Shown: in pieces, positions 29,198 through 44,118 of the stretch
Numbering within the stretch: the first letter of the stretch is position 1
How the letters are laid out: each line of letters starts with the position of its first letter
Assembly (NCBI GenBank): GCA_028826165.1
Contig: JAPDFW010000078.1
Coordinates: 248,001 to 312,000 of the forward strand
From: Anaeramoeba ignava BMAN
Lineage: Eukaryota; Protista; Anaeramoebae
DNA: 64,000 nt
Direction: 5' to 3'
Translations under genes and position numbers: made by a program
The notes under the pieces: model-generated
Databases searched by the model: none
What the model saw: only the letters and a program-made list of their open reading frames with translations
What the model was told of the DNA's origin: nothing

Positions 29198-32061
29198 CTA
29201 TGTTTTGGAAAGAACCAAAAAAGTAACTGCAATTATAAATAAACCAAAACTACTAAAAAAAATAAGAAAGTTTTTCTTTCCTTTAATTTCTCTAAAATAG
29301 AAAATACTCCAAAGCGAAGTAATAAGAATAGGACCAATACAAACAATAGGATATCCAACAGCAAATCCTAATATTCTTGTTGATACAAACCAAGATATAC
29401 AGGCAATTGCCCAAAGAACTCCTGATAAAAAACTAGGGAAAAAGTATCCATTGAAAAATGTGGTTTTTTAAATGCTGAATAAATAGATAATCCAATAAAT
29501 GATGTAAGAAACATTCCTGTAAAATGAGAAAAAACAAAATCAAAATGGCCTGCATTTGGATGATCTCCTGACCAAATCATCATTGGAATTAAATTCACTC
29601 CTGTAAATATTCCAACTATTATTGCTAATATTACTCCAATTAAATGTTTTGTTTTCTTTTTCATTAATCTTATTTTTTTGATTAATTTTGTATTGTTTTG
29701 CTCTTGTAGATATTCATCAAATTGTTTTTCTTTTTTTTCTTCAATTATTTTTGGATCTTGTAATAATCTTATTCTTTCTTCTGATTTTTGATCTTCTTGA
29801 GTTATTGGTTTAATAAAATAAAAAAGTATCAAAGCAAAAAAAGCTAAAACAAAACCTGAAATACTATAAAATTCAGATTTTACTTCTTCTTTTTCTGTTC
29901 CAAATAATCCAAATCTTCCAACCATATATCTAAATATTTATTTTGGAATATTTTAAATAATAAATATTTATTTTGAATAATATTTATTTTGGATAATATT
30001 TTGATTAATATTTATTTTGAATAATATTTATTTTGGAATATTTATTTTGGATAATATTTATTTTGGAATAATATTTATTTTGAATAATATTTATTTTGAA
30101 TATTTATTTTGGATATAATATTTATTTTGGAATAATATTTATTTTGAAATTAATATTTATTTTTGAATATTTATTTTGAATAATATTTATTTTGAATATT
30201 TATTTGGAATATTATTTATTTTGAATAATATTTATTTTGAAATAATATTTATTTTGAATATTATTTATTTTGAATATTATTTATTTTGAATATTATATTT
30301 ATTTTGGATATAATATTTATTTTTGAATATAATATTTATTTTGAATATTTATTTTGAAGAATATTTATTTTGAATAATATTTATTTTGAATATTTATTTT
30401 GGATAATATTTATTTTGAATATTTATTTTTGAATAATATTTATTTTGAAATAATATTTATTTTAAATAATATTTATTTTGAATATTATTTATTTTTGAAC
30501 ATAATATTTATTTTAAATAATATTTATTTTGAATATTATTTATTTTGAACATAATATTTATTTTGAATATTTATTTTGAATATTTATTTTGGAATATTTA
30601 TTTTGAATATTTATTTTGGAATATTTTGGATATAATATTTATTTTTGAATATTATTTATTTTGAATATTATTTATTTTGAATATTATTTATTTTGAATAT
30701 TATTTATTTTGAATATTTATTTTGAATATTTATTTTGAATAATATTTATTTTTGAAATAATATTTATTTTAAATAATATTTATTTTGAATAATATTTATT
30801 TTGAACATAATATTTATTTTGAATAATATTTATTTTTGAATAATATTTATTTTGGATATGATATTTATTTTGAATAATATTTATTTTGAATAATATTTAT
30901 TTTGAATAATATTTATTTTGAATATTATTTTATTTTGAAATAATATTTATTTTAAATAATATTTATTTTGAATAATATTTATTTTGAATAATATTTATTT
31001 TGAATATTATTTATTTTGAATATAATATTTATTTTTGAATATTATTTATTTTGAATAATATTTATTTTGAATAATATTTATTTTTGAATAATATTTATTT
31101 TGAATATTTATTTGGAATATTTATTTTGAATAATATTTATTTTGAATATAATATTTATTTTGAATAATATTTATTTTGAATATTTATTTTGAATATTTAT
31201 TTTGAATATTTATTTTGAAATAATATTTTGAATATTTATTTTTGAATAATATTTATTTTGAATAATATTTATTTTTGAATATAATATTTATTTTGAATAA
31301 TATTTATTTTGGAATATTTATTTTGGAATATAATATTTATTTTGAATATTTATTTTAAATATTTATTTTAAATATTTATTTTGGATATTATTTATTTTTG
31401 ATTATTTTGAATAATATTTATTTTGAATATTTATTTTGAATATTTATTTTTAAATAATATTTATTTGGAATATTTATTTTGGATAATATTTATTTTGAAT
31501 ATTATTTATTTGGAATAATATTTATTTTGAATAATATTTATTTTGAATATAATATCTATTTTGAATATTATTTATTTTGAATATTATTTATTTTGAATAT
31601 TATTTATTTTGAATATTTATTTTGAATATTATTTATTTTGGATAATATTTATTTGGAATATTTATTTTGAATATTTATTTTGGAATATTTATTTTGAATA
31701 TTTATTTTGGAATATTTATTTTGAATATTATTTAGAATTATTCAACAAACCCTGTTATTAAATCACTTCCATTCCAAAATAAAGCACCAAGACCTAAACC
31801 AAGAAATTCTAAAGTAATAGGAACTAATAACAAAGCAATTGCAACTAAAGCACCACCAATAAGACCTGATTGAACAAACATTGGTTTTTCAGGAAGAAAT
31901 AATGATAAAATGCCAATAAAATAAATTCCAGAAGACATAAATGATTGAAAAAACATTCCATCACCAAGTTTAGGTTGTATTTTATTAATAGGAACAAAAT
32001 TAGAACCAAAAAACAAAGCAGCAATACAAGATGCTAAATAACCTATGATTAAATTATTCAT
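29198..32061 (-). CDS. TMEM144: TMEM144-like transporter, copy B (tandem paralog)
   Basis: Exon 1 32061-31751, exon 2 29929-29198; same motifs as copy A; 1-nt frameshift in a T-run near 29440. Confidence 0.8.
29932..31735. repeat. Intronic satellite (AAT)AATATTTATTTTG
   Basis: Fills the copy B intron; same unit as copy A. Confidence 0.9.
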
Positions 32062-32242
32062 TTTTCAATTTATATTTTTTCAATTTATATTTTTCCAATT
32101 TATATTTTTTCAATTTATAAAAAAAAAATAAAATAAAAAATTGTATTCCAAAAAATTTTTTTATAAAAAAGAAGAATTAAAAAAATTTAGAAGAAAATAA
32201 TAAATCAAGAATGTTAATTATATAAACAAAATTGATTATTTT

Positions 32243-35200
32243 TCAAATCCAAACATTCACAACTCCATCTCTACTTGAAGAAATCATTAAAGGAGAAGAA
32301 AGTCTAAGCATATTAATATCTGTAATTGTATCTTTATGTGAAGTTTGAATTTTCTTTTTTTGTATATTTTCTAAATTTTGGTTTTTTCTTTGAGATATTA
32401 ATGGAGAAACTGAATATTCCCAATAAATATCAATTTTATCATTTTGTTGATATCGATATTCTATTTCTTCTCTTTTTTCGTCATCATTTCCTGAAATTAT
32501 AAATGAATTTTCAATATTTTCAGTATTCCAATATCTGAGACAAAGATCACTTCCTCCAGTTATTAAATAAGGTTCATCAGGTGAACACCAAATTGAATGA
32601 ATTGAATGAATTGAATCTTCTAAATTAAATTTAATAAATTAAATTAAATTAAATTGAATATTGAATATTAAATTGAATTAAATTGAATTAAATTGAATGA
32701 ATTAAATATTAAATTGAATTGAATTGAATATTAAATTGAATTAAATTAAATATTGAATTGAATTAATTGAATTGAATTGAATTGAATTGAATTGAATTGA
32801 ATTGAATTGAATTGAATTGAATTGAATTGAATTGAATTGAATTAAATTAAATTAAATTAAATTAAATTGAATTAAATTGAATGAATAAAAAAATATTAAA
32901 ATTGAATTAAATTGTTGAATGAATTAAATGAATTAAATTGGAATTGAATATTGAATTAAATTGAATTGAATTGAATTGAATTAAATATTAAATTGAATTA
33001 AAATTAAATTGAATTAAATATTAAATTGAATTAAATTAAATTGAATTAAATTAAATATGGAATTAAATTGAATTGAATTGAATTGAATTGAATTTAATTA
33101 AAAATTAAAAATTAAATATTCAATATTAAATTGAATTGAATATTAAATTGAATTGAATTAAATTAAATTAAATATTAAATATTGAATTAAATTGAATTGA
33201 ATATTAAATTGAATTGAATTGAATTAAAATTAAAATGAAATAAATTAACGAATTAAATATTAAATTGAATTAAATTGAATTGAATAATATTAAATTAAAG
33301 AATTAAATTGAATTGAATTAAATTGATTGAATTGAATTGAAAATTAAATTAAATTGAATTTGAATTGAATTAAATTAAATTGAATAAATTGGAATTAAAA
33401 TGAAATTAAATTGAATTGAAATTGAATTAAATTGAAATTGATTAAATTGAATTGATATTAAATTAAATTGAATATTGATTAAATTGAATATTAAATTAAA
33501 TTGAATTAAATATTAAATTGAATATTAAATTAAATTGAATTGAATTAAATATTAAATTGAATATTAAATTAAATTGAATTGAATTAAATATTGAATATTG
33601 AATTGAATTGATTAAATTAAATTAAATTGAATTGAATTAAATTGAATATTAAATTGAATTAAATTGAATTAAATTGAATTGAATTAAATTGAATTAAATA
33701 TTGAATTGAATTGAATATTAAATTAAATTAAATTGAATATAAACCTTGATTTGATAAAAAATATCCCTTAATTTCTTCTGAAATAAATGATGTATCTGAA
33801 TCATCTTTAAAAAATATATTCTCTAATCCATCATTGATTGAATAACTCAAATAATCAAATTTTGATTGAACAAAAGTATCACTTCTTGAACGAGAAGGCA
33901 AAACACGGAAAATCTTGCGACACTTTGAAGTTTCAATATCCCAAACACAAATTTCATTATTATATAAAGAAGAAGAAACAATCCAAAAATCATGATCATT
34001 TGAAGAATAATATTTCAGAGTTTCAATTGGATTATAAGAAGGTTCTCTCCATGTTTGGAAGGGAATCAAGAAACGCAAATCAAAGCATTGTATAAAGCCT
34101 GTTGAAGTTCCAATAGAACACCAATTACTATTGGGTTCACTTGCAATACTTGTAATAAATCCTAATTTTTTCTCAATTTCGAAATTGAAGAGCTCTTGAT
34201 CACATCGCATATCATGAACATGACATACATTGTTTTGTGTAGCATAAATAAATGACCCACTATTGGTTCCCCAGTTGTCGATCCCGACAATTTTCCCTTC
34301 GTTTGGTGAAAGAATTTTTAATACAAAATTTGGAAATTCTTCCATTTGTGATTTTTGAACATTTGAAAATTCTTGACGAATTGGAGAAAATTCAGTTTGA
34401 GATCTGGTCAATTTACTAAAATTTGGTTTTGCATTCAAGTTATTATTCTTTCCAAGTTTTTTATTTTCTAAAACGGGAGAATTTTTCTCTTTTTGAAAAT
34501 CATCATTTAAAATATCAAAACGGAATAAATGGATGGAACCGTTGTTGGATCCGGATGCAATTGTGTATGTGTTTTGGAGCATGAACAAAGATGATATACG
34601 ACCTTTCTGCAAAGTATATGTGGAAGAAGATTGGGAAAGTTTTTTGTCTCGAAGATCTTCTGTACGCCAAATTTTGACACTTCCATCATCAGATCCTGTT
34701 GCAAAAAATAAAAAATCATTTGAAACTATAATTTTATTAACAGCTCCATTATGTTCTGTTAATTGAGCTATGAGAGATCCCTTTGGTTTCCATTGTTTCT
34801 TGTTGTTTGTGAATTTTGAGATCGGATTAGATAGACCTCGTTTTTTGTGTGATTCTCCAAATTTTTTCTTTGAAAATTTTTTTTTTGAATTTCGAAATTT
34901 TCGAATTTTTGTTTTGATGACTTGCTGAGTTTCAGGTGAGAATTTTGTCTGGATTGGCGCATATTTTTGGCTGTTAATAAAGTTATGATTTTTACGAGTA
35001 TTCTCAAAATCGTCTAAAGAACTGTAAATAAGATCTACGAGTTTGCGGTCATTTATATTGAATGAGAATTTATTTTCAAAAAAATTTTCAGTTTGTGGAA
35101 AAGATGGTGAATTTGGAGCGGAAAAACCTCCTGAGTTGAAGTTGGCCAGATCTTCTTGGATATGTTTTTGTGGGGAATGTGGCCCTAAACTACGTGAAGT

Positions 35201-38200
35201 TGGTGTAGTTGGATTTGATGGGGATTTTTGTAGTTGATTGTTTTGATTTTGCACATATTTTTGTTGATAATTTGACTCGTTTTTTTGTTGTAATTGAAAA
35301 ATCTCATCATCAATTGAGATCCCAAACATCTGTTGCCAAACAACACTTGCGTTGGTAATTTCCATACGTAATTTATTAATGTTATTTGAAGATGAGTTAT
35401 ATGGTAAGAATTGGGAATTATATAGTAAATAATTATCGCTTTGAAAACGAGGTTTCATATCTTGTGAAGTATAGCTTGGAATATTTGGAGGAAGTTCTAT
35501 ATCAAAGATATCGTTTTTGGACTTTTCATTTATACTGAATTTGTTTTTGTTTTTTTTAGATTTTGTCTTTTGTTGTTCTTCTATTAGATTTATATTTTGA
35601 TTTAGATTTTGATTTTGATTTTGATTTATATTTATATTTTGATTTATATTTTGATTTTGATTTATATTTTGATTTATTTTGATTTATATTTTGATTTTGA
35701 ATTTGAATTTGATTTTGATTTTGATTTATATTTATATTTTGAATTTGATTTTGATTTTGATTTTGATTTCGATTTCGATTTCTGATTTTCATTTGATTTG
35801 ACTTTTTTTGCTTTTTTTGCTTTTTTTGTTGGATTTTTTTAATAATTTTTTGGATTATTGGTGAATATTTGAGAGAGTGAAAAGAATCATCAAGATTTTT
35901 AACATTTCCTTCATCCAAATCATCTGCTATCATATTTGCGAATTCTAATCCATAAGATTCTCTTCTTCTTTCCAAATTTAGAGAAGCTTTTTTAATAAAA
36001 TCCTTGAGTTTCAAAAGCTTTTGTTGTTCTTCGAAAATTCGGCTTAAAATCAAATCATGTTCACTAATTTCTTGTGAATTGAATGAAAATTTCTCAGTAG
36101 ATTTTTGAGTTTCCTCAAGTTGAAGCTGAAGAAATTCATCATGAACAGCCTCAACCATTTGTTTCTTATTAACTTTATCGGCATCCAATTCAATTTTCAT
36201 AAAATTTGATTCAAATTCCATTTCAAGTAAATTAACCGCATTTGTGCGGTGAGTTTGGTCAACAACACTTTCATATAAATACCTCGGAATTCGAGGTTTT
36301 AGAACAGCGAGAATACCCTTTTCATCAAATTGGAAAAGAGGTGAATTGAGATAAAAATTAAGTATTGGCTTAATAAAGATATGTGTCTTAGTTGGCCCAA
36401 AATTGTTTGCAATTGAAACACAAAGAGATACTGTTGATTTCATTATCCAAACACTTGGATGAATAAGAAGAGGGAATGCCTTTTCGGCAACTCTGAGTAT
36501 ATTATCTTCGGAGAGAAGACTTAATTCAACCAGAATTGCCATCAAATGAATCAATTTTTGAACTACAAACTCTTCTGGATCGTCAAAACAATTGATCAAA
36601 CATGGAAATAGTATTTTTTGTATTGTTTCCTTATTGACAAAGGGAAGTAAATCCAAGATGTGCGTGAAGAATTCGCTTCTCAATAACCAATCGTCTTCGT
36701 TCAATATTGAGATCATGATTGGCAGTATTTTTTCTTTGATGATTTTAGTTCCAAAAAATATCCCGAAATCCCCAATATTTTTGATTAATTCTCGTTTTAC
36801 ATTTGGATTTTCATCGTTGAAAAGATGGATAATTTGAGCCAAGAATTCCTGGCGCAAAATGTTATATTCTTTGTCATAATGGAATATGTCTTCAAAATCT
36901 ATATCATTTAATAGATCTTCCCAATTAGATGGGTTTATTTGATCCAAAAGTTGAGATAAGTTTTTGGAATTTTTTAAACTTGATAAATTATTTTTATATT
37001 TTTCTTCAATAACAGTTTTGATTTGATGTTTTTTCATCTCTTCTAATAATTTAAACGAACTTTCCAAAAAACGATTGGCAATCAAACAAAGTTTTGAAAT
37101 GAGCTTTGCATAAACAACCCTTACAATTGGATCTGAATCTAAAATCAATTGATCCAGTGAATGAAGAATATATTCAGGAAATAATTGGTAATCAGATACA
37201 GAAACACTTTCCACTTGAACAAGGACATCTGTCAGTACTTTAAGAGCTTCTGCCCGAACCATCGTGTAAGGATCATTAATCATATTAATTATATACGGGA
37301 CAACCCTTTCAATTTTAATAAAGTCAGAAATATTTTCACTAAGTGTTCTAAATAGATGCAATCCTGTTATTTTCGTTAATGGCTTATAACAATTCCTTAT
37401 TGTTGCACAAACCATATTCAAAACAAGAATGAATCCATCTTCTTGTTTCCTGTTTTTTGGTTTTGTCTTTTTTTCATGCCGATTATGGCGAAGTGTTGAA
37501 TAAAAACTTAAAATTAAATTTTGTTCATCTTTTGAATTTTGAAAAGATTTGGATAGTTTTTTGTAACATCTGCAATTTGTTAATATACTTTGATTTATTG
37601 TATTTTCAGGATTAGTTTTTTGGGAAAGAAATTCTTTTTCTTGCTCAATTTGCTCGGTTTTTTCCTTTTGATTCAAGTTGAATTTCAATTTTTTGGAAAA
37701 ATTGGAAACATTTTGAAACATTTTTTCTGTTTCGATTGAACTTTTGATCTTTGTTGTATTTTGGTTTGATTTATTTATGTATTGATTAATAGGTTCTTCA
37801 ATGATTTTGTCTTTATTTTTGCGATTTCTGCTTATAATTTCAAAATTTTCTTGGAAATTATTAATATGATTAAAAATCAAATTATAATTTTGTTGAATTT
37901 TCTCAATTTTTTGGTCAGGAAGAAGAAACAGCATTTCCCAAAATAATGGATAAATAAACTTGAAATAATGAGGAAATAAATTTTTCTCGTATTCTCTTAA
38001 ATATTCACTTGGAGTTTTTCTTTTATTTGGATCTAATGAGATTGCACTCAAAATAAAATTGCGAATATTTGGATCAGGAATAGTTTCAATTTTTTGATTA
38101 GGATCAAATTCTCCTTTTTTATATCTCAGGATATCAGATAAATGGAATAAAGGATTTCCGTCTAGAAAGAGTTCTGCAGCAACGCATCCAAGAGAAAAGA

Positions 38201-39511
38201 TATCATCTTTAATATCAATTTTATCATATTTTTCTTGTAATTTTTCAGTTTCTTGTTGAGTGTAAAATCTTTCTGGTGCAATATAACAAGTTCTTCTTCC
38301 TGATATATCAAAGAAGTATGAAAAATCTGATGGGTTATCCTAGATATTTTATATAAATTTAAATATTTTTAAAAATATTTTTAAAAATATTTTTATTTGA
38401 ATTTTATTTGAATTTAAATATAAATATTTATTTAAATATTTGATTTTTTATTTTTGATTTTGATTTTGTTCGAATTTAAATATTTATGAATATTTTGGAT
38501 TTTTATTTTGATTTTTATTTGGATTTGAATTTAAATATTTGATTTGGATTTGAATATTTGATTTGGATTTGAATATTTGATTTTTATTTTGATTTTTATT
38601 TGAATTTAAATATAAATATTTTTATATAAATATTTTATTTTGATTTATATTTAAATATTTGATTTGGATTTAAATATTTATATAAATATTTGATTTGGAT
38701 TTGAATTTAAATATTTGATTTGGATTTGAATATTTTGATTTTTATTTTGATTTTGATTTACTTGAGGAAGAAATCTGGGCTTATAAAATGCCCAGTCTGT
38801 TAAATAAACCCACATAAATGATGTAATTAAAATATTTTCAGGTTTAATATCTCCATGAGAAATCCCAACAGACTCAGCATCTCGAAGACCAAGAATTAAT
38901 TGATACAAAATCCATTTCTTCTCTAAAATAGTAAGAAAAGGACGAGTACTTAAGAAATTAATGATAAATAATAAAAGAAAAAAAAAGTAAAATGGATTAA
39001 TTTTAAAAATCCAAAAAAAAAAATAATAAAATAAATTTTTTCTTCTTCTTTTTTGGATCCAAAAAAACGTATTTGGATCTCAATAAATTTCAAATTCTTC
39101 ACTTCATGAAATTTCGAAAGAAGAATCGATATAGAAGAGAATAAATGCGGGAGAGTTTGTGTATTAGTGGTTGAGAAAGTACCTAAGCCTGTCGCGCATG
39201 TTAGAAAATAAATATGGTCTAAAAAGATAACCTGCTCTTTGAGTTTCTATGAACTTTGTAAAAGGAAGAAGATTAGAAACATGAAGAGAATAGATGTTGG
39301 ACTTGATTTTTTTCAGTCTATTTTCATAATCTTCATATTCAGGCAACTTTGTATTTTTGGGAAATATTTTCACATAGAGTAATCCTGTATTTTCATCAAC
39401 CATTTTCATCGCTTTAAATAATCGAGATCCCTCCATTTTTTCCATAATTGTGTATTCTGGAAGTTCGTGGAGATAATTCCATTGACTAATAGTTTTTAAT
39501 TGATTTCCCAT
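32243..39511 (-). CDS. VPS15: VPS15/PIK3R4 (kinase-HEAT-WD40 regulatory subunit of class III PI3K)
   Basis: MGNQL N-terminus (myristoylation-type), RLSTRPFL..EKKWILYQL, HGDIKPENIL, LTDWAFYKP, DNPSDFSYFFD.SGRRTCYIAPERF, HEAT repeats, WKPKGSLIAQLTEH WD40, ending SSRDGVVNVWI*. Four exons; frameshifts in the low-complexity N/Q tract ~35550-35680. Confidence 0.92.
32622..33740. repeat. Intronic pentamer satellite (AATTG/AATTA)n
   Basis: Fills the last VPS15 intron. Confidence 0.9.
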
Positions 39512-39610
39512 TTTTCTAATTATTGTAAATATTATGAATTTTGATTTGGAAAAAAATGAAAAAAAAAAGTGAAAAAAAAAATTTTCAATTCAAAAAAAAA
39601 AAAAAGGTTT

Positions 39611-42600
39611 TTATTTATAAATTGAATATTCAATTTCAAATTCAGGAAAAAATTGGTTTGAATCAAACACATAGTATTGATAATAATGATTATTTTTCTC
39701 TTATTTTCCAAAATTTCAATGCAAAGTGAATGATAATTTTCTTTTTGAAAATTTTTTTGATTAATTTGTTCCACATTTTTTATCAAACATTTACTGAGAC
39801 AAACCCGATAAAGAAAAAGCGAGTAAAGATTAGTTTTTGGGTTGAAAGTTGCGTATTTATGGGCAATAGAGAAATTTTCGAAAAAATGTTTAATAGTATC
39901 GAAGTTGAGATGATGAAATTGATCGAAATGAAATGGAAATAAATTTGGAATTTTTTGGAAATTTTCAAAACGATTCCCTGAAAACAAATAGCATTCGTTT
40001 ATTCGGTCATCAATTTGGTTTCCCAACGGAAGTTGATAAAGTTTTTTGTGTTGGAAATAGTATATTTTGGCATTTTTTTTCTTCCAAGAAATGTAATTGA
40101 GCCATCCAGTTGAATCTGTATTTTGTGATATTTTTTTGATCTCGAAACTGGGAAGTAATGATGGAGTCGAAGGAAAAAAACTGGAATAAATATAGCTGCT
40201 AATTTGCTTATAAAGATGGTGCGATTTTTCGATTGCTCTTGTTTGTTTCTTCCTGGAAAGAGATTGATTTGAATGGAGTTTGATTTGTATTTTCATTTAA
40301 TTTTAAATTAGGATCAAAAAGAGATGAATTGAGTAATTTTAAAGCTGTTAAATTTTCTTCTTTTTTGAGTATCTCGATATCTTGTAGTAAAATATGGAAA
40401 GAATCTTTTTCTTCTGTTTTTATTTCGTTCAAATATGTCAAGAGATCCAAAAAAACCTTGATATCTTCTGTATTTCTTTTTTCTTTTTCTTTTGTGTTTG
40501 AAAACGAGAAAGTATTGTAATTTACAAAATCAAGTTGATGAAGATTTGACAAAACAGCCTGTTTCTTTTTTGGGTTGACAAGAACAAAATTCAGCAAGTT
40601 TTCCTTCGACAACTTTTGAAAATTGACCGATTTCGAGTGCAGATATTGGATTCCAAGAAGAATTTGCTTGAGGAAAATAGTGCAAATTGTGGAAGAAAAA
40701 TCGGTGCTAGAAATATAATCACTGAAGTTACTGTAATATTTATTCTTGAACGCGATGAAAAAATGTGTTTCTGAATTGATAATATGCTTGACTTGAATCA
40801 ATGAAGGATGAGAAAATACGAAAAACGACCGAAGCTCATTCTCATCTGGTATTGTGTAATAAAAAGGACTTTTTACGGGATTTAAATATAGTTTTTGAGG
40901 CGATTCAACTTTGTTTTGTGTTTTTTTTGGATCATAGTAATCATTTTTTATATATACATGATCTGGGATCACTGGAGGTTCTGCATTTTTATTTTTCAAA
41001 TTGGAAATTCTATGTCCAATTTCATTTAAATTTTTTTGCGTTTTTGTCTTGTCAAAATTTTCAATTTCTTTCTTCAAAAACGATTGAACCAATTTTGGAT
41101 CATTTAATTTGGAAAGATGGTGAAACTCGTCGATATGTTTTTGTGAGCATTTCAGTAGTTTTTTTAAGGATCTGGGATCGTTTGAAAAACTGTCCAAGAT
41201 TTGTGGAAATTTTTCTAAAATCAAAAATTTGGAAAAATAAAAGCGACAAACAAGATGCAAAGGAATTTCAGGTAAATCATCTTTTGAGTCATGTTTGTGG
41301 CTTTTTTTCTTTCTTTTTTTCTTCTTCTCAGCAAATTTCATTAGTGAATTTACTATCACCAAATCTTTGTGAAGAAATTCCACGATGAATTTATGTGATG
41401 AGGGAGTTTGCGATTGATCCACATTTTCGAGTAAATTAATAAATTGATTCATTAATTCTATTCGCTGGTTGATATGGTCATGTCTCGAAACAACCGAAAT
41501 CAATTCTATTTGGGTCGCTTCGTGCGGCTTATAGATATTCTCCATGTTTCGTAGTTGAGACATCATATTCATAATTGCCTTTTGGTTTTGTTCGGAAATT
41601 TTTTTATCATCTTCATCAATATCATCATTTCTTGGAGCAAATAAATACATGCCATCTTGAGTTAATGAAAGAAATAGGTTTTTTTCCACATCTCGTCCTT
41701 GAATTGATTTCTTCACCATTTCGAGCATTTTTTGGAATCCTTGCTGCTGGTTTAGCGCAAAAGATTCTTCTTCTTTTTTTTCGTCTGAATCATCCAATTT
41801 TAAATGTGATTTCCAACTCTGCAAGTTTTTGGGTTTGAATTGAGCATCTTCGTTAAAAGGAACTCTTTTTTGCTTGTCTTCTTCTTCCAAACTTGTGTAA
41901 AAAGAATCGCTCGCAAATTTTTTGATTTTGTCCAGCCAAAATCCGCTTTGGAAATATGATCCAATTTGCGATTCGCAATGATATAGTATTAAAAAAGTAT
42001 CCAAAATATTTTTTTCGATATTCTCGCTAATTTTATCGCGAAAAAAATTGTGAGTTTGATATAAAACTCTTCTCGCAACAGCAAAATCTTGTCTTAAGAG
42101 CAATCTTGATAATTGATTTGCAAATTTAATAAGCAAATTGATGTCGGAATCATTTGGATTTTTTCTGTAACTGTGATAATAAATTTCAACCGAAATTGCC
42201 AAAAATATCTCCATGAATTCGGATATTTGCAAATATGCGCATTTGTTTTTGAATAAAAATAATTTCCCGCTATCAAATTCTCCTTTTTCGCGAAATTCAA
42301 TTAATTGATCAACAATTTTCTTCTCGATGAAAAACTTGTAAATTGGTCTTCGGTTTGCGTTGTATTTTTTTTCCAATTCCTTAATGCAATCCTCAAAAGA
42401 AAGTTCTTTATTCTCTTTGTTTTGAAGGTGATCTTGAACGATTGATGAAAAGGAAAAATTTTGCTTTTTTTTTTGATCTTGAAAATTTAAATCATTTGGT
42501 TCGTTTTTCAATTTTGGCTCAGTTTTTAGAAGTTCCCTTAATTTTGGAGGGAAACTGAGCAAGAAATGGTCATTTTTCTGGTTTGGATCGGACGTTCTGA

Positions 42601-44030
42601 TTAAATTTGGGATAAAATGACCATTTTGATAGAAATCCAATTTGCTGTCAAATTCCGACATGTAATAATAAATAAGATCATTGGGATTTTGTGGTTCAAT
42701 TTGCAAATTCTCTACATTTTCAACTGTTGATGAGTATATTCCATTTATTGCCATTAAATTGAGTGCTCCTATATAATGAATAACATAGATTCCAACGTTT
42801 TCAGAAAAATTCACGAAATTGTCATAAGAAAACTTTTCTTTGTCTTTGATTTCTGGTGATTCAAAAATGAGTTTTTTCCATCTCGGAAAATTAACTCTCA
42901 TTTGTTTAAATAATTCTCTTCTTTCGGAAAAATTTGTTTCTCTTGTTGTTTTGCTACCGTATTTCTGCTTAATTTTCATGAATGATTCCAAGTAAAAAAA
43001 ATATTGCGAAATGTTGACTAGAGTGTCTTTTTTGAGGTTTTTTGGAGCGTTTTCTTTGGATTTTGATTTCTGATCTCTAAATATAAAAATAATAAAAATT
43101 TAAATAAAGATTTAAAAATTAAAATAAAAATTTAAATAAATATTTAAATAAAGATAAAAATTTATCACATTTTTGTCCAGTTTTCAAAAAAAAACATCAG
43201 TTGTCCAGAAAGATCCTTTTGAAGAAAGTCAATAAATGTTCTAAGAAATCTGACCATTTGATAATGAGGATTTGTTTGGTTCGGGGTTCTAAAGAAATAT
43301 CAAATAAAAACAATTGATAAAATATTAATAATGCTTGTTTTTAAAAAAAATTCGAACATGTTCAAAGTTTCGCAAATTGCAATTGCAAGTTCTTGATTAA
43401 TTGAGAATTTTTCAGCAATCAAGCCTAGAAATGTGAGTGATTTCGGTTTCATATCTTTTTTCTCAAATTTCTGAAGAATTTTCAGGAAATTTTCATCATC
43501 ACTTTCATCATCATTATTTTCATTTTCTAAATTTGTGTTTTGATCCAAATCAAACGCAGGGAATCGAGTTTTGATTCTCGTTCCGTTTGGATTTTGTTCG
43601 GAAATGAATGATATGAGGAAATTATAAAAGGCTTCACAGAAATTATTCAATTGATTTTTTAAAGAATTTATTATTTTTGATTTGATTCGATTTTTTTTTA
43701 AAGTTGGAATCAATTCTCGAGATTTTGTCAAAATTGTTTTCATTTTTAAACATATTCTCTTCAAGAATTTCGCATTATTTTCCTTTTCAAGTTGATTTGG
43801 CTTGAAATCTTTTAATTCAAAGTGGATTTTTTTATTTTTAATTAAAAATATTAACGTTTCTTTGTTAGTTTTTATTTTAATTTTGTTTACTGTTTAAAAT
43901 TTTATTAAAATTTCTTAATTCTTTTTTAAAAGATATCCACTATTTCCATTTTTTTTTTGAGTGAAACAATTTTGATAATTTTGGATTGTTGTGAAGAAAG
44001 TTCTTTTAAAAAAACAATTTGAAAATCCAT
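39611..44030 (-). CDS. Large protein with degenerate kinase domain and C-terminal PARP/ART-like domain (gene B); several frameshifts
   Basis: HPSLIQVKH...FLKQILLGIQYLHSKSVNFQKLSKENLL (kinase-like); NECYLFSG...FFENFSIAHKYA...YSLFLYRVCL and, after a shift, QYYVFDSNQFFPEFEIEY* (PARP-like). The 5' part (43000-44030) is broken by multiple shifts. Confidence 0.55.
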
Positions 44031-44118
44031 TTTTATAAAACAAGAAAAAAGGAAAGGAAAAAAATGAAAAAGAAAAAAAAAGGAAAAATAAATAAAAAAG
44101 ATCCAAAAATCCAAAAAA

